From a virus (taxonomy: Duplodnaviria; Caudoviricetes): a stretch of 64,000 nucleotides of DNA. This document shows positions 54,137 to 64,000 of this stretch, one piece after another. Where the stretch lies: positions 2,645-66,644 of IMG/VR virus record IMGVR_UViG_3300014206_000001; one strand, 5' to 3'. Below the pieces are notes generated by a model. The model did not search any database, was not told the DNA's origin, and saw only the letters and a list, made by a program, of their open reading frames with translations. Made by a program: the position numbers and the translations under genes. Position 1 is the first letter of the stretch. Each line of letters begins with the position of its first letter.

Positions 54137-54634
54137 ATGATAACAACAAGAGATAATTTAGAATTAGCAAACATAGATGGTAATAAGTCTAAAGAGATTT
54201 ATCTGGGCGAGAAAAAGATTAGGGTAAAAAGAATGGCTAACAATATAGCAAAAAGACAGGATCGCTATGTTGCCGAAGCAGAGCAATCGTATTCGGAAGA
54301 CAAAAAGATGTTGATTGTTAATATGTCTAATAACAGAGATTTGATACCAAAGTGTCTTTCACTTATGATATTACATTCTTGGTTTAAGGTAACATTTTTT
54401 CATTGGATATATTGGCGATATTTGAGTAATAAATACCCTATGGAAGACTTATCGAAAGCCTTAAAAGATTGCGCAAAATTAAACGATGCGGGTTTTTTTT
54501 TCGATTGTATGGGATTCCTACAGGTAAACAATCAGATGATTCAAAAGATGTCGGAGAAAAATATGTACAGTATAGCTCACGACTCTTCACTACAAGCAAA
54601 TATGAAGTCATCAAAGAAGTCTATGGGAGCATAA
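54137..54634 (+). CDS. Tail assembly chaperone (gpG-like)
   Basis: Lies between tail tube and tape measure; contains a slippery site. Confidence 0.75.
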   Translation: MITTRDNLELANIDGNKSKEIYLGEKKIRVKRMANNIAKRQDRYVAEAEQSYSEDKKMLIVNMSNNRDLIPKCLSLMILHSWFKVTFFHWIYWRYLSNKYPMEDLSKALKDCAKLNDAGFFFDCMGFLQVNNQMIQKMSEKNMYSIAHDSSLQANMKSSKKSMGA

Positions 54635-54879
54635 CCGCCTATTCTCTATATAGATACAATTGGGTTGATTCACTTTTGAAAATATCATTAATACTTGCAG
54701 ATAGAAGTGGATTAAGGAAAAAAGAAACAGTGCCACCTGACCCAAGTATAATAAGAAAAGACAAATTAAGAGGCAAGAAATTAACTTCCTTCCTTGCTAA
54801 ATTAGGTATAGGATCAGAAGTAAAAGAAAAGAGAGCTGAAAGAATACGGACTGAAATAAAAGATAAAAGCCATGAGTGA
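54490..54879 (+). CDS. -1 frameshift extension of the tail chaperone (gpGT-like)
   Basis: G GGT TTT heptamer at 54490-54496 links into the -1 frame ORF, which ends at the tape-measure start. Confidence 0.75.
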   Translation, partial: GFFFRLYGIPTGKQSDDSKDVGEKYVQYSSRLFTTSKYEVIKEVYGSITAYSLYRYNWVDSLLKISLILADRSGLRKKETVPPDPSIIRKDKLRGKKLTSFLAKLGIGSEVKEKRAERIRTEIKDKSHE

Positions 54880-57800
54880 AGAAAAACTAGAATTTGGAAT
54901 GAACCTTAGTGTTGATTTAGATAACTTTAAAAAAACATGGAAAGAGCAAGAAGCCTCAATACAGGCTGTTATCAACAAATCCGTATTTGGAATAAAATTG
55001 GAAGTTGATAAGACATCAATGGATAGTGCTAAAGCTGATGCAAAAGAGGTAGGAAAAGGGTTGTCTGAATCACTCACCGTTGGTAAAAACTCTATAAAAG
55101 AAATGCTCACCTCTATTAAAAAAATGAGAGCAGAAGCCTATCGTAATCCATTAACCACGGAAAAAGATTTAGCCGGTATAAATAATTTATTACAATCAGC
55201 AAGAAAACTTGAAACAGAAGTTAAAACCATAAAAGCATCCCCTTTAAACTTTAGCGAGATAATGAAAATAGGAGACACTGGTGCGCAAGGCATTCAATTA
55301 AAGGCAAGAAAAGCAGAACTGCAAGCCTATTTGGATGTGCAAAAAGAGGGGACAAAGGAAGCTATTAGAGCAAAAGAGGAATTAATAAAAGTTAATGAGC
55401 GCATAGCAAATATGCAAGGTAAGGGGGAGAGCTCCTTAAAATCCACAGATGAAGAAAAAAGAACAAACAACATTATCGCTGCTTATAAGAAATTAGAAGC
55501 AGAACAGGCAAGTATAATTGCACGAATCAGAGAACGAATAAGTTTAGAAAAAGGATCTGTTATTTCAACTTCAAAGGTTGATGTTTCCACGCAGGGAACT
55601 AAACAAGAAATAAATGGATACAATGAACTGACTGCTACAATGAATAAATATAAAAATTCATTGTCTAAAGTAAATCAGGAAAAATTAAAAGCAACAGCTA
55701 CCGAAAATACTAAGAAACAAACAACTAATTTGCGACAGGAATTAGCTATTCAGGAGAAAATAAAAAACTCCATAGATAGTCAAAATACCAAATTAGCTAA
55801 TAAAGAAGCATTAATAAAATCAGCAGCAGAAAGTAAAAAAATATCAGACACCGTAGCCGCCTACAAGAAATTAGAAGCAGAACAAACAAAAATAATAGCA
55901 CAAATCAGAGAGAGGGTAAGTTTGCAGCAAGGAACTGTAGTCTCAACTTCTGGAATAAGCGTTACTTCACAGGGAACAGCTCAGGAAATAGCGGGATATA
56001 ATCAGCTGTCTGTAGCTATGGCAAAATATAAAGCATCTCTTTCTGAAACAAATCAGGAAAAACTCAAATCCACTGCGACAGACACTTCTCAAAAACAAAT
56101 TACAAACTTGCAGCAAGAGCTTTCTATTCAGGAGAAAATAAATGTTTCAATTCAAAAACAAGCTACTCAATGGAATAGGTATGCAGCAATATTAGAAAAA
56201 CCAGAAGCCACTTTAGTTCAGATTAAAAGCAAAATAAATCAAATTGAGAAAATAACTCCTAAGTTGAAAATGGACGCAACTCAGGCTAATAATGCTAAGG
56301 TTGTTTTAGATTCCTTACGTCAAAAAATGGTTAGTTTGCAGCCATCTGCTCAATCCTTAAAAGTTCAATTATCTGCATTAGAAGCACAATGGAGTAGATT
56401 GTCTATTGCAGAAAGAAAAGGAGCTACAGGAAAACAATTGATAGCTAAATATCAAAATTTAACTAAAGAGGCTGGAAAATTAAAAGGAACATTAAAAAGT
56501 GCATCATCAACAATTGATGCAAACACAAACGCATTTAGAAGACAAAGAGGTATGTTAAATGGTATGCCTCAGATGTTAAATTCATATATATCTATACTTG
56601 GTGGATTTAGATTAATAAATAGCATAAGACAAACCACAGGACAATTTGAATTACAGAGAGTTGCTCTTGGTGCTATTATTCAAGACACAGAGAAAGCAAA
56701 TGCTTTATTTGAACAAATAAAAGTAAAAGCTGTAGAATCTCCGTTCATGGTTAAAGATTTGGTAACTTATACCAAGCAATTAGCTGCATTTAGAGTTGAA
56801 ACTGAAAACTTATTTGAAACCACAAACAGGCTTGCAGATATATCCGCTGGATTAGGTGTTGATATGTCAAGATTGATTTTGGCCTATGGGCAAGTGAAGG
56901 CTGCATCGGTGCTTCGTGGGCAGGAATTACGTCAATTTACGGAAGCTGGAATACCTTTGGTTCAGATGCTTGCGGACAAATTCACTATCTTAAATGGTCA
57001 GGCAACAACTACTGGAGATGTGTTCAGTATGATATCAAAAAGAGCTGTTCCTTTTAGCATGATAAAGGAAATATTTGAAGATATGACCAACGAAGGTGGC
57101 GTGTTTTTCAATATGCAGGAAATTCAGTCTAAAACATTGTTGGGATTATATAATAACTTGTCTGATGCTATTCAGATAATGTTTGACGATATGGGTAGAG
57201 CAAACAGAGGTGTGTTAGTTGGGTTTGCCAATGCTGCCCGATACTTAGCTACCAATTGGAGAGGTGTAGCCGTAGCATTAGGTTCTGTGGCTTCTGCTAT
57301 CATATCCTACAATGTAGTAGCAACTATTGCTGGTGCAAAAACTAAGTTTCTTGAAGAGACAGAAAAATTATTAACTAAGGCTGAATTATTAAACGCAAAA
57401 GCTGTAAAATTGCAAACAGCAAACAATATCGCTGCTGCAAAAGCAACAACTGCGGCTGCTGTGGCTACGACTGCGGCTGCTAATGCTAACAATATATTTA
57501 CAAGAAGCTTTTATAAGTTAAAGGCTGCAATATTAGCAAATCCATATACTGCAATAATAGTAGCTGTTACTACTCTTGCAGGGATAATCTATTCCTTTTC
57601 ACAGTACGAAAGTAAAGCTACTATAAAAACAAAAGAGCTTAATGCAACTATATCAAGAATGAAAGCTGCTTCTGATACGTCTGTTGTATCTCTTAATGGA
57701 CTATTGGATAAATTAAAAAATACCACAAAAGGAAGCAAGGAATATGAAGATATTATAAATCAAATAAATAAAAAATCATCTGCTTTTACAGACAATCAAT

Positions 57801-60800
57801 TATCTATTGCTGATTCTTACGATACTGTAGCTGAATCTGTTAAAAAGGTTACAACTGCTATTATGGAGAAAGCAAAAGCAGAGGCTTATTCTGCTGGGGT
57901 AACTAAGATTGAACAGGATTTTACGGACACTAGTTCTAAGCTTTATGATAAAGCATTGGGGAGTTTGACTGGTAAAAGAAATGCTATAAAATTAGATGAA
58001 AATGAAGCTCGTGTGTTTTTATCTGGAATATCTGATTCTATAAAAAATAGTCCTGAACTTTACAAAACTTCGGAATCTATAGTAGATTTATTATCAAAAG
58101 AAATGTCAGCATATGCTAAAAAAAGCGGACAGAAAACTCATGTGTTTGACGTAAATGATCTTTTTTCTTCAGAATTTTCTAAATACGGTAATGTAACCGC
58201 ATTAGCAGATTTTATAGCAAATAGAGATTCTTCTCTCAAAAAAGGTCTTGGCGACCTAAACAGCAAACTTAATACAACATTCAACACAGGCAACGTAGAA
58301 AATTACCAAAAAGAAATCAATGAAGTAGCAAAAACATATGGCGACCTTTTAGCTGTAATAGAAAAGAAGGACTATAGTCAGGAGAAGAGCGGCAAAATGG
58401 ATGCCGATATCCTCCAAAACAGAGTTGATAAGCTAAATGCGATGATTGCCGTATATAAAAAGTTTGACCAAAAATCTCTAGTTGCAAAAACAAAAGCTGA
58501 ATTAAACCAGCTTTTAAAGGTTGGTGATGACTGGGAAACATTAGTATTAAAACTTGCAGGTTCAGGTGCAGGAGCTATTTATAAAAAACAGCAAAGCGAG
58601 GATTATTTTGGATATGTTGAAAGATTAAAAAAAGAATATAGTGATTTAATTAAACAACAAAAAGAGATAGGTGAATTTACTCCCGATATAGATAAAAATC
58701 TGATAAATAACAGATTAAAAGTAGTTGAATCTATTTCTAAAGCACTTGGTGTTTCTTTGACTTCTGGTGGTGGTTCATCAGACAGAATCACACAGCTAAA
58801 GGAAGAAATGAAGTATATAGAATCTGCCTATCAGGAATATCAAAAACTATTAAAAACAGAAAGTGCATCATCAGCTCAGAAAGATGTAAAAAATATATAT
58901 TCTGATAAACGCTACAATTTAGCTTTCTCAGATGAGGATATTGATGCTATGTATGGTAGTATGATTCCAAAGTTCAGAGCATTAGGGAAAGGTGGTTCTA
59001 AAGCACTTAGTGATACTATTATAAAACAAAACAAATTCCGGACTACTTCTATTATTGATGGATTTGAGACTAACTTAGATAGGATAGGTAGAGAAATCAG
59101 TCAGACAGAAGCAGCGAGAACTCTTTATGATAAGATATTTGGAATAAATGGTAATGCGGATTTAGCAGCAAGCGTAGCAGGTAAAAGTTTGGTGAATAAG
59201 AATCTTAAAACCTTGCTGGAGAATCAAGTCAAAGCAACATTTGAAAGTTTAGATATAGCTACTCCTGATTCTATGGATTTAGGCAAATTACAAGAAACTG
59301 TGGATTCCTTATTTGCAACACCTGAGAGACAGAGTAAAGCACAGGGAGCTGTGGATAATTTGAAAACGTATATTAACGACACAACTACTGCTACTATAAA
59401 ATTAAATAACGAACTAAAAAAACTTGAAGGTAAGGGTTTTGATTTAACAGGCGAAGGAGTAGATTTCGATATTTCAAAAGTGGAAAAAAGTAGAACAGAA
59501 AGTCTTGCTAAAATCACAGAAGAACAAAAAGGGATGGAAGCGGACACTTTGTCTTTAAAAGAAGCAAATGGTGAAGAATGGTACAATAAAGAAATGGCAA
59601 GGATTGCTGCCATATATAAAATTCAAAAAGACAATGTCAATAAACTTTCTAATTTAAAAATAGAAGCTGTCAGAGATGATGCTGCGATGAAATTATCAGC
59701 TCTTTATCAAAAAGCATTTGGTAATATTGAAAAATACGGAGTTTCAACATTGAAAAGGCTTCAAGAGGGTATGTCTGATGTAGTAGACACAGCAGAACAA
59801 ATAAATGCAGGCGGAAAGACGATGATACAAGTATCAATGCCTACTGAGCAACTTGACAAAGATGGTAAGGTTATTACAAAAACAACAACCATGTCTATTG
59901 AGGAATTTACTAAATGGAAAAACAAATTAGATGATATTACAAATTCTTTAGAAAAATATAACCCATTTTACACAGCAACGCAAAGTTGGGATACTTTAAT
60001 GGATGCTTTTAAATCAGACGATAAAGATGCTTTACCTGATGCAGTAAAATCTTTCACAACTGACGCAAAAGCAGCTTCTGACCAAGTTGTGGAATGGGCT
60101 GATAATATAAAAACTCTTTTTGGTGAAGATTCTAATATTGGTAGTTCTATTAGTGAAATAGCGAGTATTGTCGATATATCAACTAAATTAGGCTCAGGAA
60201 TGGGCAAATTTGCCACAGGGGATATAACAGGGGGGATAACTGATTCACTTGCTGCATTGGATTCGGCAGCAGGTATGGCTTCTGCTGATAGAAAAGAACA
60301 ATTAGAGGACATAAAAGAAGATGTTGATAATTTACAAGACTTAGTAGGTGTTATTGACGATGTAATTGATAAGCAAAAAGAACTTTTAGCCACAATAGCC
60401 ACTTCTGCTATTAATGACGAAGTTGCTTCAACGACAGCGTTAATAGAAAAACAAGTAGAAGCTGCAAGAAAACAAGGTGTAGAATATCTTAATACTGGAG
60501 CTAATATTTCAAACCATTCATTGGGTTATGAATTAGAAGACGATTTAGATGATTACAAAGATAAGATTGAAGCATTAGGAATTAGCTGGGATGCCATAAG
60601 AGGGAGTGGAAGAATGGAAGGTTTATTTGACTTAACACCCTCTCAATTATCTGATTTAAAATACGGTATCCCAGAAGCATGGGCAAAATTAGATGATTCA
60701 GAAGAGTATATGCTACAAACTATTATAGATAGCGATGATGCCTTACAAGATTTAAGAGATACAGCGGACGAAGCATTGACCGACTTAACATTTGATGATG

Positions 60801-61384
60801 CAAAAGATTCCTTACAAGACCTCTTAGAAGATACAGACACCACATTGTCAGATATTTCAGATAACATGGAAGAGACTTTTCGTAAAGCTATTGTAAATTC
60901 TTTAATGAAAGATGGTGTATCTGATGCACTTCAAGGATGGTATGATGCTTTCTCGAAAGACATGGAAGATGGCGTTCTCGATAATGCAGATGATTTAAAA
61001 GCATTATATACAAGTATATGGGCAGATGCAGAAAATAAACGTGATGCAGCATATGAAGCAGCGGGTGTTGATGATTCCTCTTCTTCTTCCCTAACAGGCA
61101 TAAGCAGAACAGCAGCATCAATAACAGAAGATGAAGCAAAAGAATTGGGAGGTTATATGAATCAAGTGTTGTATTACGAGGTTGCTCAGTATAATATACA
61201 AACTGCTATTTTAGAAAAGATGGGCGATAATGATGGAAGTACATTGACAAATTTATATGCGATACAGGCTTCATCTTTGGAATATATAAAAGGAATAAAA
61301 ACCGATACTGGAAAACTTGTAGATACTATGAATAAATTAGTAATGACTGGTGGTAAATCAATGAATGTAAGGCTTACAAATTAA
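54872..61384 (+). CDS. Tail tape measure protein (2170 aa)
   Basis: Tape-measure domain FELQRVALGAII..ESPF..LAYGQVKAA..GQELRQFTEAGIP; long helical A/K/E-rich body. Confidence 0.92.
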   Translation: MSEEKLEFGMNLSVDLDNFKKTWKEQEASIQAVINKSVFGIKLEVDKTSMDSAKADAKEVGKGLSESLTVGKNSIKEMLTSIKKMRAEAYRNPLTTEKDLAGINNLLQSARKLETEVKTIKASPLNFSEIMKIGDTGAQGIQLKARKAELQAYLDVQKEGTKEAIRAKEELIKVNERIANMQGKGESSLKSTDEEKRTNNIIAAYKKLEAEQASIIARIRERISLEKGSVISTSKVDVSTQGTKQEINGYNELTATMNKYKNSLSKVNQEKLKATATENTKKQTTNLRQELAIQEKIKNSIDSQNTKLANKEALIKSAAESKKISDTVAAYKKLEAEQTKIIAQIRERVSLQQGTVVSTSGISVTSQGTAQEIAGYNQLSVAMAKYKASLSETNQEKLKSTATDTSQKQITNLQQELSIQEKINVSIQKQATQWNRYAAILEKPEATLVQIKSKINQIEKITPKLKMDATQANNAKVVLDSLRQKMVSLQPSAQSLKVQLSALEAQWSRLSIAERKGATGKQLIAKYQNLTKEAGKLKGTLKSASSTIDANTNAFRRQRGMLNGMPQMLNSYISILGGFRLINSIRQTTGQFELQRVALGAIIQDTEKANALFEQIKVKAVESPFMVKDLVTYTKQLAAFRVETENLFETTNRLADISAGLGVDMSRLILAYGQVKAASVLRGQELRQFTEAGIPLVQMLADKFTILNGQATTTGDVFSMISKRAVPFSMIKEIFEDMTNEGGVFFNMQEIQSKTLLGLYNNLSDAIQIMFDDMGRANRGVLVGFANAARYLATNWRGVAVALGSVASAIISYNVVATIAGAKTKFLEETEKLLTKAELLNAKAVKLQTANNIAAAKATTAAAVATTAAANANNIFTRSFYKLKAAILANPYTAIIVAVTTLAGIIYSFSQYESKATIKTKELNATISRMKAASDTSVVSLNGLLDKLKNTTKGSKEYEDIINQINKKSSAFTDNQLSIADSYDTVAESVKKVTTAIMEKAKAEAYSAGVTKIEQDFTDTSSKLYDKALGSLTGKRNAIKLDENEARVFLSGISDSIKNSPELYKTSESIVDLLSKEMSAYAKKSGQKTHVFDVNDLFSSEFSKYGNVTALADFIANRDSSLKKGLGDLNSKLNTTFNTGNVENYQKEINEVAKTYGDLLAVIEKKDYSQEKSGKMDADILQNRVDKLNAMIAVYKKFDQKSLVAKTKAELNQLLKVGDDWETLVLKLAGSGAGAIYKKQQSEDYFGYVERLKKEYSDLIKQQKEIGEFTPDIDKNLINNRLKVVESISKALGVSLTSGGGSSDRITQLKEEMKYIESAYQEYQKLLKTESASSAQKDVKNIYSDKRYNLAFSDEDIDAMYGSMIPKFRALGKGGSKALSDTIIKQNKFRTTSIIDGFETNLDRIGREISQTEAARTLYDKIFGINGNADLAASVAGKSLVNKNLKTLLENQVKATFESLDIATPDSMDLGKLQETVDSLFATPERQSKAQGAVDNLKTYINDTTTATIKLNNELKKLEGKGFDLTGEGVDFDISKVEKSRTESLAKITEEQKGMEADTLSLKEANGEEWYNKEMARIAAIYKIQKDNVNKLSNLKIEAVRDDAAMKLSALYQKAFGNIEKYGVSTLKRLQEGMSDVVDTAEQINAGGKTMIQVSMPTEQLDKDGKVITKTTTMSIEEFTKWKNKLDDITNSLEKYNPFYTATQSWDTLMDAFKSDDKDALPDAVKSFTTDAKAASDQVVEWADNIKTLFGEDSNIGSSISEIASIVDISTKLGSGMGKFATGDITGGITDSLAALDSAAGMASADRKEQLEDIKEDVDNLQDLVGVIDDVIDKQKELLATIATSAINDEVASTTALIEKQVEAARKQGVEYLNTGANISNHSLGYELEDDLDDYKDKIEALGISWDAIRGSGRMEGLFDLTPSQLSDLKYGIPEAWAKLDDSEEYMLQTIIDSDDALQDLRDTADEALTDLTFDDAKDSLQDLLEDTDTTLSDISDNMEETFRKAIVNSLMKDGVSDALQGWYDAFSKDMEDGVLDNADDLKALYTSIWADAENKRDAAYEAAGVDDSSSSSLTGISRTAASITEDEAKELGGYMNQVLYYEVAQYNIQTAILEKMGDNDGSTLTNLYAIQASSLEYIKGIKTDTGKLVDTMNKLVMTGGKSMNVRLTN
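55478..56160 (+). repeat. Internal tandem duplication (378-nt/126-aa period) in the tape measure
   Basis: AAYKKLEAEQ..IRER.SL..QGT.QEI.GYN.L..QEKLK.TAT..QEL.IQEKI occurs at 55478 and 55856. Confidence 0.85.
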
Positions 61385-61399
61385 TTAAAATTAAAAAAA

Positions 61400-64000
61400 A
61401 TGACAGAATTAGATGTAACACAAATTGGGAAAATACAAAGTATCACAGATACTTCATTAAATAACACGTTCGCTGTTATTTACGATGCTACTACCGGCAA
61501 TCCCAAAGGTATGGATGTGGCGTTATTAACGGGAATGAATGATGATATTGGCGACAATGCAGATGCGATTTCTGACGAGGTAACTACCAGAGGTAATGCT
61601 GACACGTCATTGGCAGATGCGATTTCTGATGAAGTAACCGACAGGAAGGATGCTGATACGTTGCTGGGGAATGCCATTGGTAATAACACCGCAGATATAT
61701 CGACAAACGCAGCAGATATATTAACAAAAGAACCTTCATTACCTGACACACCAGATGACCCCGAAGAGAAATTCTTAAACGGGAACAGACAATGGTCTGA
61801 AATAGCATTAGGAAGTGGCGGTTATGCAGGAAATTTATATTTCACAAACGTGGATTCTGATGTTTCTGGTTATAAAAAACTATCCTATACGAATGACGAA
61901 ACAGAAACAGAGTTAAGTGCAGTTACGTCATCAAGTTTAGGCGAAGTAATTGCAGAAACGTTCCTTTTTGATGAAGGTATAGGAATTGAAACTATACCCG
62001 CAGGAAAATGGAACTTAGCATTATTCAGCAAAGTCTCTGGTACAGCAGGAACAACAAACTTGAAGGCTGAATTGTTTTTATATCATCTTGATGGTACGGA
62101 AACTGTTTTAGATTCTCAAACATCAGCGGAAATAAGTACTACTACTTATCCTTATTCTCCACAGGAATTAGAAAGATGGCTTACCCAATACAGTGTATTA
62201 ACCACTGACAGAATGGGTATAAGATTTTATGCTATCACTACAGCGACACCTTCTATAACTGTTACTACAATTGTAGGTGATGGTAGAAGTGCTTATCTTA
62301 CAACTCCTTTAGAACTTAGGCATAATCAGTTAAGGGGGCTAAATGAAGATAGTTTGTATCAGCACGTTACTCAGGTTGAAAAAGATGCTATTGGGAGTAA
62401 TACTGTTGATATTAGTACTCACGTTAATGCTACTGAGGATGCGCATGCGATTGGTGCTATTACAGGGTTGCAAACTAAATTGGATGCACAGGATAGTTCG
62501 ATAGGCATAAATACTACAAATATTACAACACTCTCAAAATTAGTAAAAGTGTGGGCTACTCAAAATGCAGTTGTTGGATTTATTCGATATAATGGAGATG
62601 CTGACCCTGATGCATTAGAAACATATGGAACAACAGATGCATTACATACTTTGCAGTCTCATTTTCATATGGGAGTTATAAAAAATGGTGTTCTAGTCAA
62701 ACAGTGTAAAGATGGTTATTTAACTGTTTCTAATAATGGAGAAACAATAGCTATTGATGGAAGTGAAGGTGATGTAATGTGCTATACAGATGTTTCTATT
62801 TATAAGTTAAATTGTACGACTGATTACAACGGAGAAGAAACTAATTTAATGGCGTTAAGCCTTATCCCTTTTACTTGGCAAGGAAAAACATCTAAAGAAA
62901 TTAAACCATTTGCATTTAATCCGCAATATACTGTTAATACACAAATAGGTGACGATATAAGGTCTTGTGCTCATTCAGTTTATGATTCTTCAATAAATGG
63001 TACTTATGCAGCAGCCACTCCGTTTTTCAATGAAACATATAAAGCAAATGGTGGTGGCTATTTTAACAATGCTATTTCAGGTATTGGTGCAATACAGCAA
63101 GCGCAAAATAAGAATGCTGATGCATTAACGAATGATATTTATATGGGAATGTATTATGAATATTACGAGATCATGTGGGCGTTAATGTTTACAGAATTAG
63201 GGACACTTACTACTAGTTCATTAGATTCAATAGGAGTTGGATGTACGTTAGCATCACCTGCTACTGAACTTACATTTAATGATACAGCTATTTCTGGAAA
63301 TACCGGAGTTAAGATAATTGTTAATGGGGCAGAATATTATCTTAATCTTTTTAGTGATCTAAAATTGACGGTAAATAGCACTTCAACTGATTTAATTAAA
63401 GGAATAGATGGCGCATATTACACATTTACAGAAATGTTAGAAATGCAAAGGGTCTTAGATAAGATTTCTAAATCCGGATTGATCGCTTTAATTGGAGTTT
63501 CTACAAATATTTTTACAGAAGATGCTGGGATAATGACTTTAGCATCCGGGATTAATTTATCAACCGGTGACGGGATGGTCGCAAATCAAAAATATTACGT
63601 TGTAAGAAACATACCTAATTGCCAAGGGCTTGCAGATGGTGTTATGACAGCTGTTATTAATACTTACGTTAAACTGACAATTGCGGATGGCGTATGCTTA
63701 GATGATGATACTCTACTTACGGGTGGAATAGCAATATTAAAGTTCTCACGACCGATATATATGGGGATGAGTATTTTTGACGGATGCTACAAACAAAGTC
63801 AAGGAGCATACTACATTATTCACAATTCGATTACAGGAGAAAAATCGCTTTCTTTTAAGGCTGCAAGTGATGTTAGTAAGGTTCCTGCTTTAAAATCTTT
63901 CGGAATAGAATCCTACGAAGCTGACGAAAGTTCATTATGTGAATTAGAGAAGGGGCTAGATAAAGAATTAATATATATAAATTCTCCTGTTAGTACATAT
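61400..64000 (+). CDS. Tail fibre/structural protein, 3'-truncated (absent from ORF track)
   Basis: ATG at 61400 is open to the window end (MTELDVTQIGK...); ADAISDEVT repeats and a HAIGAITGLQTKLD fibre-like motif. Confidence 0.7.
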   Translation, partial: MTELDVTQIGKIQSITDTSLNNTFAVIYDATTGNPKGMDVALLTGMNDDIGDNADAISDEVTTRGNADTSLADAISDEVTDRKDADTLLGNAIGNNTADISTNAADILTKEPSLPDTPDDPEEKFLNGNRQWSEIALGSGGYAGNLYFTNVDSDVSGYKKLSYTNDETETELSAVTSSSLGEVIAETFLFDEGIGIETIPAGKWNLALFSKVSGTAGTTNLKAELFLYHLDGTETVLDSQTSAEISTTTYPYSPQELERWLTQYSVLTTDRMGIRFYAITTATPSITVTTIVGDGRSAYLTTPLELRHNQLRGLNEDSLYQHVTQVEKDAIGSNTVDISTHVNATEDAHAIGAITGLQTKLDAQDSSIGINTTNITTLSKLVKVWATQNAVVGFIRYNGDADPDALETYGTTDALHTLQSHFHMGVIKNGVLVKQCKDGYLTVSNNGETIAIDGSEGDVMCYTDVSIYKLNCTTDYNGEETNLMALSLIPFTWQGKTSKEIKPFAFNPQYTVNTQIGDDIRSCAHSVYDSSINGTYAAATPFFNETYKANGGGYFNNAISGIGAIQQAQNKNADALTNDIYMGMYYEYYEIMWALMFTELGTLTTSSLDSIGVGCTLASPATELTFNDTAISGNTGVKIIVNGAEYYLNLFSDLKLTVNSTSTDLIKGIDGAYYTFTEMLEMQRVLDKISKSGLIALIGVSTNIFTEDAGIMTLASGINLSTGDGMVANQKYYVVRNIPNCQGLADGVMTAVINTYVKLTIADGVCLDDDTLLTGGIAILKFSRPIYMGMSIFDGCYKQSQGAYYIIHNSITGEKSLSFKAASDVSKVPALKSFGIESYEADESSLCELEKGLDKELIYINSPVSTY

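Noticed and set aside
248-61808. Numerous 60-170 aa ORFs antisense or out-of-frame to long genes (for example 248..430, 6186..6563, 6554..7057, 16023..16382, 59224..59613, 61480..61749)
   Set aside because: These are shadow ORFs fully overlapping well-supported genes, with no motifs or A-rich leaders.
1-64000. Stop-codon reassignment (as in some crAss-like phages)
   Set aside because: Long genes are uninterrupted in the standard code, and TAG/TGA serve as real stops (for example TAG at 10766 and many ATGA overlaps).
1-64000. Diversity-generating retroelement, integrase/repressor lysogeny module, DNA polymerase
   Set aside because: No reverse transcriptase, template/variable repeat pair, tyrosine or large serine integrase, CI-like peptidase-HTH or polymerase motifs were recognised. 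They could lie outside the window.

Overview
This window is about 64 kb of an AT-rich, tailed, siphovirus-like dsDNA phage genome, cut inside tail genes at both ends. The host is almost certainly an anaerobic member of the Bacteroidota: promoters are TTTG-N19-21-TAnnTTTG, start regions are A-rich with no Shine-Dalgarno motif, secreted proteins have Gln at +1, and nrdD/nrdG are present. Layout from left to right: tail protein, then metacaspase, outer-membrane (OM) protein, holins and endolysin (+, to 6.1 kb). Next is a leftward operon of about 25 small early-type genes with a second lytic transglycosylase, a serine recombinase and an S3-like KH protein (-, 6.0-13.9 kb). A 1.4 kb non-coding switch region follows, holding a mirror-symmetric 12-iteron palindrome and G/C-tract repeats (13.9-15.2 kb). 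Then come rightward middle and replication genes: D5/P4 helicase, Toprim primase, Dam, VRR-NUC, nrdD, HNH-split nrdG and SSB (15.3-30.4 kb). Leftward recombination and nucleotide genes follow: SF2 helicase, SMC-like ATPase, YqaJ and ThyX (30.4-38.4 kb). After that are the portal, glycosyltransferases and accessory genes (+, 38.5-47.0 kb), an inverted terminase large subunit, a Com-like Zn finger, an fMet-like tRNA, the head and tail operon, a tape measure and a truncated fibre-like gene. No integrase/repressor module, DNA polymerase, reverse transcriptase or CRISPR array is visible. The most striking observations are: (1) an HNH endonuclease inserted in the nrdG radical-SAM motif that carries a recoded replacement 5' end; (2) the palindromic iteron array; (3) a tRNA minihelix with a matching empty site; (4) a promoter-to-terminator small RNA antisense to early-gene start codons; (5) an initiator-type tRNA with a rewritten anticodon arm; (6) a metacaspase in the lysis cassette; (7) glycosyltransferases coupled to the portal. 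All protein family calls come from motifs recognised by eye, not from database searches.
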